Shown one piece after another: positions 10,880-22,929 of a DNA stretch of 64,000 bases (positions are counted from its first letter, which is position 1; the number at the start of each line of letters is the position of its first letter). Under the pieces are notes generated by a model. That model was not told the DNA's origin. It did no database searches and saw nothing but the letters and a program-made list of their open reading frames with translations. Origin of the DNA: Neoechinorhynchus agilis (lineage: Eukaryota > Animalia > Acanthocephala); assembly GCA_051530055.1 (NCBI GenBank), contig CM121342.1, forward strand, positions 14,957,480 through 15,021,479, read 5' to 3'. The position numbers and the translations under genes are program-made.

Positions 10880-11760
10880 GGTAGAATGGTGCCAGCAGAC
10901 AAGCGCTAACCATGTTCCCGCGAATGGCCTCAAACAGTCGATCTCGGACAGATCTCTCGTCGCGAGCGCTCACAGCTCTCTACTTTCAGGTCCTCGCGAT
11001 GGGGTCGTCCGAGCTTGATTGTTGGCAGTTTCGACACGAGAATCGGGGCCGTGGTTGGAGGCTGTTAATCTGACATCTGTGAGAAATCTCCTCACTGATG
11101 AGGTAACGAGGATCGCAGTGTTCTTAAAACTTGGTCTCCCGATATGCACGCCCCATCGCTGTCGATGTGGGTCTTTGGTTGATGCTTTCGGGCGACACGG
11201 TCTCGTTTGCCGAAAGTCAGGAGGAAGGTTCTCACGCCATTCTGAGATCAACAGCGTAATTTCTCGGGCGTTGAGAACGGCGAACTTACCAACATTTTGG
11301 AACCCGCCCATCTTTGTCGACTAGACGGTCGTCGACCTGATGGAATTTCGGTCTTTCCTTGGCGGGAGGGCGAATGCCCTCTCTGGGACGCCACGCGTGT
11401 GGACACCCTCGCAGTAATCAACATTCCCTACTCTCTCGAAATCGCTGGAGGTTCAGCCAATGCAGCGGAAGGTATGAAGGTACGAAAATGTAGGGATTTA
11501 GAGAAGGTCCACTATTTTGTCCCCTTCGCGGTAAAGACGTATGGAGTGCTTGGCAGTTGGGCACTCACTCTGCTCCAGGATCTCTCGAAGAAATTGAGAG
11601 AAACGACCGGCGACGCACGAGCAGGTGTATTCCTGCGACAAAATATCTCGCGCGCAGTACAACGAATCAATGCTGCTAGCGTGATAGCGACAGCCGAGGA
11701 AGGAGAGAAGCTCCAATTTTGCGGGCGGTGGTGGTTGCACGTTTTGTACTTTATTATGTT
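10880..11760 (+). mobile_element. CRE-clade non-LTR 3' fragment
   Basis: AVSTRESGPWL..CRCGSLVDAFGRHGLVCRK..RHSEIN..EPAHLCRLDGRRPDGISVFPW..LWDATRVDTLA; 3' UTR shared with ~59860. Confidence 0.9.
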
Positions 11761-12520
11761 ATGACTAAAAAAATGTTTCCTTAAAAAAATCTAAAATGGG
11801 ACAAGAACCTATTAACTTCGCTGCATTAAGGGTTTATTAAACACTATATCTTAAGCGTCTCCGATTAGTTGGAATGTCATCCAAAGATCTTAAATACTTT
11901 TGTATGTTCGCCATCCTACCAACGCTCACCTACGCATACCCATTTTTTTGTTGTTTTTCTTCTAATCGATTCCAAAAACTTAATACCTTTTCACAAGAGG
12001 TGCGCTATAGCCTCCGAACACATACCCTTAAAAAGACATCTCGCTCTAATCGTTCAAAAGCACTCAAAGCGCCTTCATTCTCTTCCTTCTCGATTTCTAC
12101 CACACATTTCTCCTTTTACTCACACTTACAAGACTCGTTGTCCCAACATTTTCCATCATTCAATTCCTCGTTGAAATCTCTAACCTCCAATCTTTCTTTT
12201 TTACTGTTCAATCCTCCAAATGCGAATTAATTCGGAGGAAAGAGCGGAAAACAACGATCAACAACTAACGTTTCGGAATTGCAAAGATAGAACAATAAAA
12301 ACCCATCCAAACTTACAATTTCCACTAGATATCTAAGGTCCATTGTTCGGTTGCATCTATTTTTCCAAATAAAAAGTGATATTATATATATCATTAAATT
12401 TGCAAAATCGAATACTTGAAAGCGACCAATTTCTAAAACCTAGAGTTTATCAAGGTGCCTTCCTTCGTTCGAACTTTCAAACGAACCTCTTATGGTATTT
12501 TTTCAATTGTTGTTATTTAA

Positions 12521-13065
12521 GAATTTTCGCGGTTGAAACAAATGTTTATTAAGGACTGATATTTCGGAGTTTTAATCCTTCTTCAGGGTCCAACAAAGCA
12601 CACAATCTATAAAGGTAAGTTCAGACGTAATGCGGAGGGACTGATTGAGTCCTTGCATACCCGCCGAGAGGATTTGGTTAACTGCTGAATAATGTCTTTC
12701 GATTTCGAAGCCTCACACGCAAACGTCGACAATGATAGAGGGATCAAACACCACTTTTAAGGTTCCATCCAAGGAGATCGAGGAGACAGCAGTCAGGTAC
12801 CAAGCGAAAGAACCATTGGAATTTTCGCTTGCAGGAGCACTGCTCATCTCTCGCAAGGGGCGAAAAATGCTACTGGGCGAGGTGGTCGGGGAGAGGAGAC
12901 GGATAAGTTGCGACAGGTTGTCATTGTGCTAAAGGGATGAGTCAAGTTCCTCATTTACCTTGTTCTAACTCTACTTTTGTAGATTATGTGTTTTATTGGA
13001 CCCTGAAGGAGTAAAAATCCGAAATATCGGTCCTAAATAAACATTTGTTCTTCATCGCGGAATTT
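12521..13065. mobile_element. Non-autonomous TIR element, ~90-bp inverted arms with ~350-nt GC-richer interior
   Basis: Left CAAATGTTTATTAAGGACTGATATTTCGGAGTTTT..CTTCAGGGTCCAACAAAGCACACAATCTA; right TAGATTATGTGTTTTATTGGACCCTGAAG..CCGAAATATCGGTCCTAAATAAACATTTG. Confidence 0.8.
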
Positions 13066-13259
13066 GCTTAAATAAAATGAAAATTGAAACGACAACATGC
13101 AGTTGAGAAATCAGTCGACAATCCACCAACTAACCCTTTTGGTATTGCAAAAAACTGAATACAGAACTTATAATAACACGTTTTGTTAAAGCCAAAAGAA
13201 TAGAACCCATTTACCTTTGGGTCCTCATGAACACTCGAATTCTGATTTTTTTTAATAAA

Positions 13260-13960
13260 TGTGGCAGTTGATCCGGCTGGGCGGGGAAATATCCAATCAG
13301 GTCAGGAAGGTTGGTGGTTGAAAATACAAAAGGTTAGGAGGACCCATGTACCTTTGAGTCATCATCCGTTAATATGGGAATATTCAGTCGAGGAATGCCC
13401 GTTCTGGAGGTAATATCTGGTCGGAGGGTGTCTATTCGGGTGGGAACTATACAGTAAGGGACAGTTCGTTCGGGGAGCGATATGTGAACGAAATTGTGGT
13501 GGTAGGTTTGAGAGGCGTTGTGATTGTTTAATGAAAATAGCATCAAGGCATTCGGTGAGAGGGGGAAAGTAAGTTGTGCAAATTTTAGATGCTCTTTTGT
13601 GAAGAATTTCAGGCCGGCGGATTAGCGATTTGCAAAGCTTGCAAAATACGGGGTAACCGTAGATGAGGGATGGTAAGATAAAGCAGAAGTAAAATTTGTA
13701 GAGGTCGGGGAAGGGATTCCTAAATTTCGGAGGCGTTTGGGGAGATAAATTTTAAAGGTGTTGTGCTTGAGGGAGAGAGTGATGTGCGAGTCTTATTTCA
13801 AATTTGATTGAAATTGGATACCAGAATTCTAAGGAAGGTTACTCGTAGGATGTCATTTAGAAGCTCAGGGGATGATGTGGGGTTGCGGGAGAGAGAGGGG
13901 TTGTGAGGTTGCGGGAGGACTCGTGTATTATTTGAGTTGCTACCGGTTAATCTTAAGATA
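13260..13960 (-). mobile_element. Decayed L2/CR1-like LINE fragment
   Basis: Purine-rich + strand; ~110-nt block nearly identical to 56360-56465; motif shared with the 10.6 kb and 19.5 kb fragments. Confidence 0.55.
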
Positions 13961-14143
13961 ATGAATGGCGAGACCTGTGTAAGAGTCGAGATTCCACACC
14001 GAAGTCAGTAATTATATAATGCTCTGTGAAAGCTTTTAAAAAGAATATTTTTAGCACAATGCGATAAAACCTGTATCCCATTCATAACTACGTAATATTA
14101 TCATCTTCGTACAACACCAACATTTACTCTTAAGTAGCCCCAT

Positions 14144-16921
14144 TCAACCATCTTTGCACGATCGATACGGTTGGGCGGCATTGGATCCTTCAATACTTGC
14201 CTTCGTTTCAGCCAGTAGTTTTTCTTTTTGTGAGACGACCCCTTGAATTGTTTCCAACCTGGCTCGATTATTGTCAAATGCCTGCATCAACTCTGCTTTA
14301 TATTTCGTCATTAGATCCTTGACATCTAAACCGACTAGCGAATCGGCACTCATATTTTCCAATTGTTCCTCTGTCAGTTCTCCGTTTTCCGGAAGTAGTG
14401 ATGAAAGTAAGGTTTTGACCGATTTGCTCAGCTTAATAATCGTATCAACTTGTACTTCCCGACCGTACAGTATCGCGGACTTTTTTCCGTAAGATGGCGG
14501 TCGATAATCATCGTCTTCATTCTGGTGAACTCGCGATTTTCGACGAGGCAGCCGCGGTTTCTTTTCGACTGGTCTTCCACTATCTTCACTCGATGAAGTA
14601 GACTGCGAAGTAGACGACTCAATTAGAAATGGTTGCCTCTTATAGGATTTCTTCAATATTGATCGTGGTTTTGATTGAGCGGTGTGATCAGCGACCTTCG
14701 ATTTTTCTACGTCTCCGTCTAAGAATCGAACTGATCGATTCAATCCGCCTTTCGCGCAGTTCTCGTCCTCGTTATTACCGAGATCTTCAACGCTTTTAGA
14801 TTTTAAGAGATTGATATCTTTTGGAACGGTCCCTTTTTGAATTTCGGGCAGCCTTTCCGGCAAATCACAATCATTTTGGTCTGGGTCCGCGTTCATGCTG
14901 CATTCCCAATCGCTGGGAACCTCAACGGAAGACGCAGGAGTTCCATAAGCATACACCCTCCACTTCAGACATTTGTCACATTGAGCAACTACGTTCATGC
15001 CGAAATTTCGTTTACGGACGAATTTAGGTTCATCACTTGGTGCAATAACATCCGACCATTCTTTATTTGCTGGATATCCACATCGTAACCATAGTTCGAC
15101 TTCGTCTTTTCCACGGTACTTTGTATCGAAAACATAGACGCTCATTGTCCGCATTATATTACGAAGTAAATATCGGTATTCGAGGTTGTTGGCAAATCCT
15201 TGTTTGTTGTGGGTTGGTTCAATTACATCCTGGGGGATATTGATCACGCCAACGATTCCAGGTACGTTAAGATCAATGTCTTTTTCGTACATTGTAATCA
15301 ATCGATTGCGGTTGTAAATGAAGACACCGTCACGACGACGATTGTGAATGTTAATTCCATATGTCGGCAGATTAAAACGTTGAAAGTTGAAAAATAAGCG
15401 TGCAAAGATCTCTAAGACTAAATCAACATTTGATGAAAAATACATTTTTAGTGAATTCAAGGGCTCCTAAAAAATAAGACATTACTTCCTCTTGAAGTGC
15501 ATTGGACTCGCCAGATTACGGCTATTGATAATGAACCCTTAAGTCAATCAAAAATGATCGCTAAATGGACTAATAATAAAATATTGGTTATTTTGCTTTT
15601 TTAATCAGTCTCTTATAAATTCAGGACTTCGTAAATTCTTAATTTCTTATGTACTCATAACTAATTTCTAAAACAAAAGTGGATGATTGGATGTACAACC
15701 CTAGTTGGCCACGCAAAAATGATTTGTTATACATTACACTAGCGACTAAAAACGACGCTGAAATACATCGGGTTTTTAAATCCACCGATCTTAGGTGAAC
15801 TTGAGAGTTTTTGGAATTCTTAGTGACCTTCTCTTCATGTCGACTTCATCTTTCCGTTTGGCTAACGTTGCTCGTTGCGATACTAGCATCATATTCCATT
15901 TTGTGTACTCGCTGCGAACTTGAGCATTAACAAACGCTTTTGGTCTCATGTCAACCAATTTGCTTTCCGTTTCTCGAACTCTATCTTCCATATGATTATA
16001 AGCTTCGATTGCAGCCTCAAGTTGTTTCTCAGTTTTTGACTTAAAGCGAACAGAGGAAAAAGTATACTCTCGTGGACGCAGCAAAGTATTAACAAATCTG
16101 ACATTTTGAACCTTTTTGCCTTGAATGTACACTTTCATTCTTGGCTCATAATAGAGAATAGAAACGTATTTACGAAGCGAATACCTCTCTGGGTATAAAA
16201 CCAGATCCGCCTCTGCCTCGGTTATATTCTCATTCGTTAACATAATATCATACGGATCGGTCTTCACATCAATCTCCGTTTTACCGGAATCAAGGAGGGC
16301 CAAGTTGAACACTACTATCAAGGTACCCGAAGAACCGGTTATTTTGTCAAACCGGTCTTTAATAATGTCCAAATTCTTGAAAGGACTATATTTGAAAATA
16401 ACTGTCAACTCAGTATTGTGCATATTTCGAGTTTTTCCTGCCTTCAAAATCGGCTGGAATGTATTGACGTCAAAGACAGGGATCGGAACTACAACTTCTT
16501 CAATCCCTTCAGATTCATGAAATGTCCTTGACAACATTAGACATGTCAACTCATTGTTTCGTTTTGTGAACAGCATCATGTCCTTGCCGAGTCTCATCGA
16601 TCCAGATTTAAGACCGTTACCATACTGTCCTATTATAGTGCCATCATCACTAACGGAGCACTTCTCCGACCGTCCGAACGAAATTACATTTACGACTTCA
16701 TCCATGGTCATGCCGTACCCGTTATCCAGAAAGCAAAGTGAAATTCCACCACGAACGTCTTTACACACTTCGGTAAAGATGTACAAACAACTTGATTTTG
16801 CATCCAGTGAATTGTCAATAAGCTCAGCAAATGCACCGAAAATAAACTCATGGGTTATGGAGTTTGTGTGAAGATAGTCAAATGTCACTTGAGCTTTGTG
16901 AAGCCGGTCATAGCACGCCAT
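14144..16921 (-). CDS. MORC2: MORC family GHKL ATPase with zf-CW; exons 16921-15792 and 15359-14144
   Basis: AQVTFDYLHTNSITHEFIFGAFAELIDNSLDA..IGQYGNGLKSGSMRLGKD; junction LRIPKTLKFT|YGINIHNRRRDGVFIYNRNRLI collinear with human [32 protein letters not shown]; CW domain QCDKCLKWR..WECSMN. Confidence 0.92.
15360..15791 (-). other. Putative non-canonical TIR-bounded intron (AG..TA), 432 nt
   Basis: ACC TA|AGATCGGTGGATTTAAAAAC...GTTTTAATCTGCCGACA-TA|T GGA; TA duplicated; the unspliced frame reads TAA at the junction. Confidence 0.8.
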
Positions 16922-17639
16922 TCGAACCGTATCTGGGGAAAACGGGAAAAACAGTGTAGGATTATTATCAAATTAAAGTCAATGCACAAAGGAGGAAGTG
17001 ACGTAGAGGAAACAACGCAACGAAAAGACAAACAACGGGAGACACTGTTGTTCTGAGCATTCCGGCACATCGTGCCGCATTGCTCACAACAACAGACCGA
17101 ACAAGGAACCACAACATGAAAAACAAAAAGTTGGAGAGCGCGTAAATGTACAACTTAAGGCATATCTAAATGATTCTTTCGTATCAATTTTTAGCCAACT
17201 TCAAGTATTTCGAATCTAGTGATTTAAAAGTTCGGCGTAAGCACTAAAATGCTTTCTCGTGAGGGAGAAGATTAGCTGTTTGCTTTGGCCTATGGGATGC
17301 ACACTAGTTACTCTTATGGTCCCTTAAAGCGCTATTTTAACATGAAAGGACTGCATTTCATTTTCCCCAAAAAATCCTCGTTTAAGAAAACCAAACATTT
17401 ATATTTATATCATAGAGTTCTATTGGAATTTTGCGATGTTTTTCCCCCGGATTGTTGTTAGTGTTGATCATTTATTTAAAGTATTTCGTAAGCTTTTTGC
17501 TTACCTCTTCAATTACATTGTTTGCAAGTTAAGCTTAAACGACGGTCGAACTTACTTTGGGAGTTGGTGTCACGTACCTTGCAAGGCAAAAACAGCTAAG
17601 GAGTCAATGAGTACGTCAATTTAAGAGTATCAATCACTG

Positions 17640-18700
17640 AACAACATATAACCATGTACCACTTACGGAAGCTTGAACAATTAAGACCAAGAACATTCGA
17701 AGAGCGCGATTATTTTGTACATAGATCAAAACACACCTTTTCCTCAAGGGAACTTAATTTGCTGAACAAGGGAACGGACTATATTATGAACCATCAGATT
17801 CGATCTACTAAAATCTGATGTGATACAGAGCTTCTTATAAACTCACATCCAGATCTGATGATTTCAATAGTGGCCTATGGCAGGAAAGCTCGTAGTCAGA
17901 ACGTTCACAACGATAATAACGAGATGGTACTTGTGAAGTCCCCGAAGGAATAGCCAGCAATAGTGATTTGCAAATCAGACAAAGGACGTGCTTTAGGAGC
18001 TGTGGATATGGAAGGTTATCAAAACGGGGCTTTGGATCTTAACTCGGACAAATTTGAGAGGCTGGCAAGAGATCCCACGAGACGTAGAGAAACTAAATTT
18101 AACGGTTTCCTCAGGAATTTGTTGAACCGGTCTGTGATCGGTCCTCAATTTTACAACATGACGCGATCATCATCGGCTAAATGTGCGTTTCTCTATCTTC
18201 TACAGAAGATACACAAACCCATCCCGCAGTGCCCTCTAATTATAGCCAGTAATATGTCTTTCAATCATCGCCTATCCAAAAGGATCAATGCTTTATTGTC
18301 AATCGTTCTGCACAAGGCAAAGATAGCAAGCACTTCACCGTATCGCAAGGAGAACCTACCATGGGGACCACCATACTGATCAAATCATCAACCGATGAGG
18401 CATAAAATCTCGGCTGTCACTTCGTACTTCCGAAGAGCTTCTCTTATCTCATCTAATCGATTTGCATGGAGTAAGGATAGGGAAAGGATAGTACAGGAGC
18501 TGAAAATGAGGGGAGACAGCAACTACCATCCGCACAACAACAAATCTTCTGCAATACCTGCATGCTTCGAAAGAGTGCACTTCATCGATGATGACACGAA
18601 TCAAATGATTTACTCCATTATGAGCAAGAAGGCTGGAATTCGTCTATACAATACTAAGGGAATCGCTCTCAGAATCACATTCAAGAGGAAGGCATCATTC
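17640..18700 (+). mobile_element. Penelope-like RT N-terminal fragment, deleted and frameshifted
   Basis: KSDKGRALGAVD..LARDPT..FLYLLQKIHKPIPQCPLII matches the PLE pattern ADKG..DPT..LYGLPKIHK..PLRPI. Confidence 0.75.
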
Positions 18701-18749
18701 GTTCCCAAACTTCTCCAACCTCCAAAAACTCCCCACCTAACTCTCTTAA

Positions 18750-20200
18750 AACTGCCCATCAATCACTCTTAAAGCTCCCCACTTTCTTTGATTACTTGCG
18801 CAAAAAACCTTATGCCAAAAGACCTTTATTTCCAAAACATCGTTCCACCTCTACCACTCATACCTACCGCAAAACCAATCTTCCTAAACAACCATCGCAG
18901 CAGGCCTACAACAACCAACAATATCATAATATATCATCTAACTACGGACCTACACATAACATCTTCCTCTCAGGTATCCCCGAAATCTCAACATTATCCT
19001 AATTAGACCTTCAGAAACACTACATTCATCACCTTCATATTGTCTGTCGACAACTCCTTCCCGAATCATTTTTCTCTTTCCTTCCACGGCCTCCGACCAG
19101 CGCATTCCAAAATAAAACTCTTATAGCTCCCGCCCTCGTCAACTCAAAATCAATTTCCATCAACCAAACACTGCATCCTCCTTCCTTCAAAAGCGCTTCT
19201 TGTCAATCCTCTCTACCATACGGAATATACCCAGATCGCTCACTTCAAATTGTGAACTACCGGAGAACAAGGAAAGACTCCTAATCTGTCACTCTCCTGT
19301 ATAACTCCAAAGACAAATCCCACCTCCCTGCCTCAACATCCAGACAACTTCAGCAAAGATAGATGCTGGCAAGTGTATGGATCGTTTTTCTAAATCAATA
19401 AAACGTGTTCATTATATCATTCGCCTATGCATAACCATATTATTTCCCCTTCAAATAACTTGTTACAAGCCAAAACCTACACTCAGAACTCACATGTAAA
19501 TTTTTGGGCGCCTCCGAAAATCCTCACTGTACGTTGGCAGAATCAAACATTGCCACTCACTCAAAAAAACGCTCAGAAACATATCCACCCAACTTTTTCC
19601 ATCAGGCAATTCCCACAAATTTCATCCCCTTCAAGCTCTTGCAAACAACCATTTGCCTCCATTCTTTCTTATCCACTACCACCAACGCAGGAATTCTGGT
19701 CATTGTGGAAAGGTGGCTGCACTCCTCCAATTCCGACATCGCCTTGATCCCTGGTTACATGTCTTCCCACTTTTACAGAGACGAAGGCGTATTAGATGGA
19801 GTCTTCATTTTCATTCGGTCTCACCTCCCTTACTCCCTCTCAACTTCTTACCAAAGTCGAAATTTAACCATTATCTTAATCCTTCGTCCTCCCTCACCGA
19901 ATCTACAAATGGCATCACAAGAGATTGATGCAATTATAGCAAATCTTCTCTCGCTTGGTCTTTAACATCTAATCATTCTTGGTGATTTCAATAATCTTCC
20001 TACATCACTATCTTTCTTTGACTTCGTCCAGTTAGTAAAATTTCCTACCCACCACTCCTCATCTCGATGAAATCTTTGCCAACATCAAGAGATACAAGGA
20101 TGCTAATAAACTACCTCCAATCTCATCCTCGGACCGTTACGCAATAATCCTCTCGCCCTCCGCTCCTGCTCAACTTCTATAGTCATCCCCCTTTACGGTC
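18750..20200 (+). mobile_element. Decayed L2/CR1-like LINE fragment including APE endonuclease remnant
   Basis: IVERWL..IPGYMSSHFYRDE..GVFIFIRS..LILRPP..LGDFN pattern. Confidence 0.7.
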
Positions 20201-20399
20201 TGGTATAAGAGGGATCAACACATTTTCTCATTTACCAAATTGGTCTTGCGTAATCCCTCTTCACACAGAAAATCTATTTTTCACCCGAAGCCCTCGGAGG
20301 CTATTCTTTCTCTAACTAATATACTCTCCTCTTGCATGACCAATTGGAAACAAAGAATTCTGAGAGATATGACTCGTTGGATGTCATTTGAAAGCTCGG

Positions 20400-21600
20400 G
20401 GTACGATGTTGGGTTGCGGGAGAATGAGGAGATCATTTCGAAGCATTTAGAGAAATTCAGGTAGAGTTTGTGATTGGTGCAGAAATCGTTTATGTGTGTG
20501 ATTTCGTTGAAGGTTAGGGAAAGGGAGAGGTGAATGGTGATTGAGTGATGAGGGTTAGATCGTCGGCATATAAAAAAAGGTTAGGATGAGATGAAATATG
20601 CTTGAGGTCGTTAGGAAAATGCCTTTTGTGAGGGATAAAAAGCGAGCCAGCGGATCTTATACAATTTGAGACCAAAATAGGAGCATTCCCGGAATAGGAG
20701 TGGATAGCCACGGAGTCGAATACTTTCGATAAATTGAGTTGAATGAGACGGGTGACGTGAGAGAGATTATTGTCGAGGTTTCGTATGTCGAGGATGTTCG
20801 CTAAAAGGGAAGGATTAAATCGGGAAGACGAGGTATGGGTTGAACTTGGAGAGGCCGTGGAAAGATTTTGTGGTGAGTTTTTATGTGGATAGATATGATA
20901 AGAAAGTTGCGGATTGAAGAGTTTGTATCTCCGATTAAGAAAGCGGGAGGCTAAAGGGATTTTTGGAGGCAATGCGCATAACAGTTGATGTGGGGAGGAA
21001 TAGTAGAGTGAACGTCGGGGAAAAGGAGTTGGCCGACACGAAGGATTTTGTGACGGTGGTGTGAATCAGCGGCGACAGGATTTGTAACAGGGCTTCCGGC
21101 ATGTAATTTTAGAATCATTAAGTACTATATGCGGAATATCCTCTAAGGATGGTACCAAGTCCCTAATAATTCTCGAAATATTCGCAGTCTTTTGAACACC
21201 AATCGTTTCTAACGAATCTTCGTATGTGTTTACCATACTTATGGAATCTACCAAAACCGCATTCTTCTATCCGATTTCTGTAAATCTTTAGCCTGTTTCT
21301 GAGAATTCCCCTTTGGAAGCTTTTTCTGCCTCTTTGAACCGTTAGATTTATTCGCTTTGCAATTTTCGACTTCGACTGTACTTTTCGCACTTAATAGCCT
21401 CCGTTAATATATCCTTAACTGTTTTCATCGCTTCAATTAAAGAACCTATTAGAGAATCAGTAACTCGTTCAAAGCACTTCTTTAGCGCAACATCAATAAG
21501 AGTATAATACTTACCCGAGCTACCTTCGCTGTTCATATATTTGTTGAGAGAGTAAACGATGAGAGAGATTGATGTTGAGAGAGAGGATGAAAGGTTGGAT
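20400..21600 (-). mobile_element. LINE RT fragment plus ORF1-like 5' fragment
   Basis: LNLSKVFDSV..FLYADDLT; the 21348-21536 peptide LIDVALKKCFERVTD recurs at 60739-60996. Confidence 0.65.
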
Positions 21601-21659
21601 GCAGATTTTACCGAGGTTCTTAATTTATGATGTTAAGATTTCGGTAGCAAGTAGCTACT

Positions 21660-22060
21660 CGCCAATGGTCGCAAACAATCAGCTTGAGGCTAACCTTTGG
21701 TAGCGGGAATTCATAACTCCTTAATTTCAGATTCTTGTGACTTGGTGAAACGAATTCGATTAGGGTGCTTGGCTCAACGCTCTACCAATCCAACGAGACA
21801 GTAAGGATCGCAGTGTCCCTGAGACTTGGGGTATCGATGTGTACATCCCATTGCTGCCATTGCGGAGAGACCATCGGACCGTCGGGACGCAATGTCTCTG
21901 TCGGCAATCAGGCTGAAGGTACTCACGATACGCCGAAGTGCACGCAATTCTTAGTCCTTGCAGCAAGCAACATAAAATTCGCCGCCATTAAACCGGGGGG
22001 AGCAGAAGCCGCCGCAGAGGATCGCAAAGCCGCGGTCGAAATCACTATTTCGTCCCTCGT
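21660..22060 (+). mobile_element. CRE-clade fragment related to 9008-9620
   Basis: Shared start CAATGGTCGCAAACA..TGGTAGCG.GAATTCATAACTC; VSLRLG..CHCGETI..AAAEDRK. Confidence 0.75.
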
Positions 22061-22929
22061 ATGATCGAGACACACGGTTTTTCGGTACGGCGACGCAAGA
22101 CCTGGTTAATCAATCGTCTAAGAGACTTGGACGAATCACTGACGATCCAAGGGCATGGTTATTTCTCCTGTTTTGCACCCGCCCTGACGACCATTACACC
22201 GGGACGGCAGCTGAATAATCCAGAGCATTGGCATGAATGTTTGTCAACTTTTACTGTGTTGATAGAAAATTTAGTTTCGCTACCTTTCTTGACTATCGTC
22301 ACAGATCCAGCTGAATTTGTCACATTAGGTCTGTCAATTAATATCCGTCTTGGTCGGCTGGCTAATCCATTATTTATTTACGGCATTCTATGCATTTAAA
22401 AACTCTACGCATAGTGTAAAAACTCACTTTTTTACTCGATGTTTTTTCTGTGATCTCGATTCGTGTTGTGCGAACGATATAAAGATGATCCCTCTAATAT
22501 TTATGAATGTACTTGAAAGTAATATCCATTCCGATTATTCAGTAAGCTCGAAAAAATTGAGCAAAAGTAGCATGATCTAGAATGTTTTTATTTGAACATT
22601 TTTCAGAAAATTGAAGGCACTTTTCAGAACCGTTCCCTTATCAATAAATTTGTCTTTAAAAGTTAATCCATAATTTCTAAGTGAAACTTTACATGATGAA
22701 AATCGAGAATTTGTATTTAGCGTGGATCTGTTGTGTGTCAAAATGAAGCAGTCAGTCGTGTGCAATCCATCGCCTGAGGTTCGTATATGCGACCTACTTT
22801 TTTATGTAATAAAGTAAAGTTTCAATGATATTCTGTGATCAAAGATATCGGCGTTACAAGGCCGCTTCCTTGTATATCGCTTTTAAACGTATTCATAGTA
22901 CTTAGAAACGGTGAACGGGAAAATATACT

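Noticed and set aside
15363-15794. The MORC2 insert can be read as GT..AG on the + strand (CT..AC on the gene strand)
   Set aside because: This is the wrong strand for the gene, there is no + strand ORF to serve, and the other inserts do not show it. Treated as coincidence.
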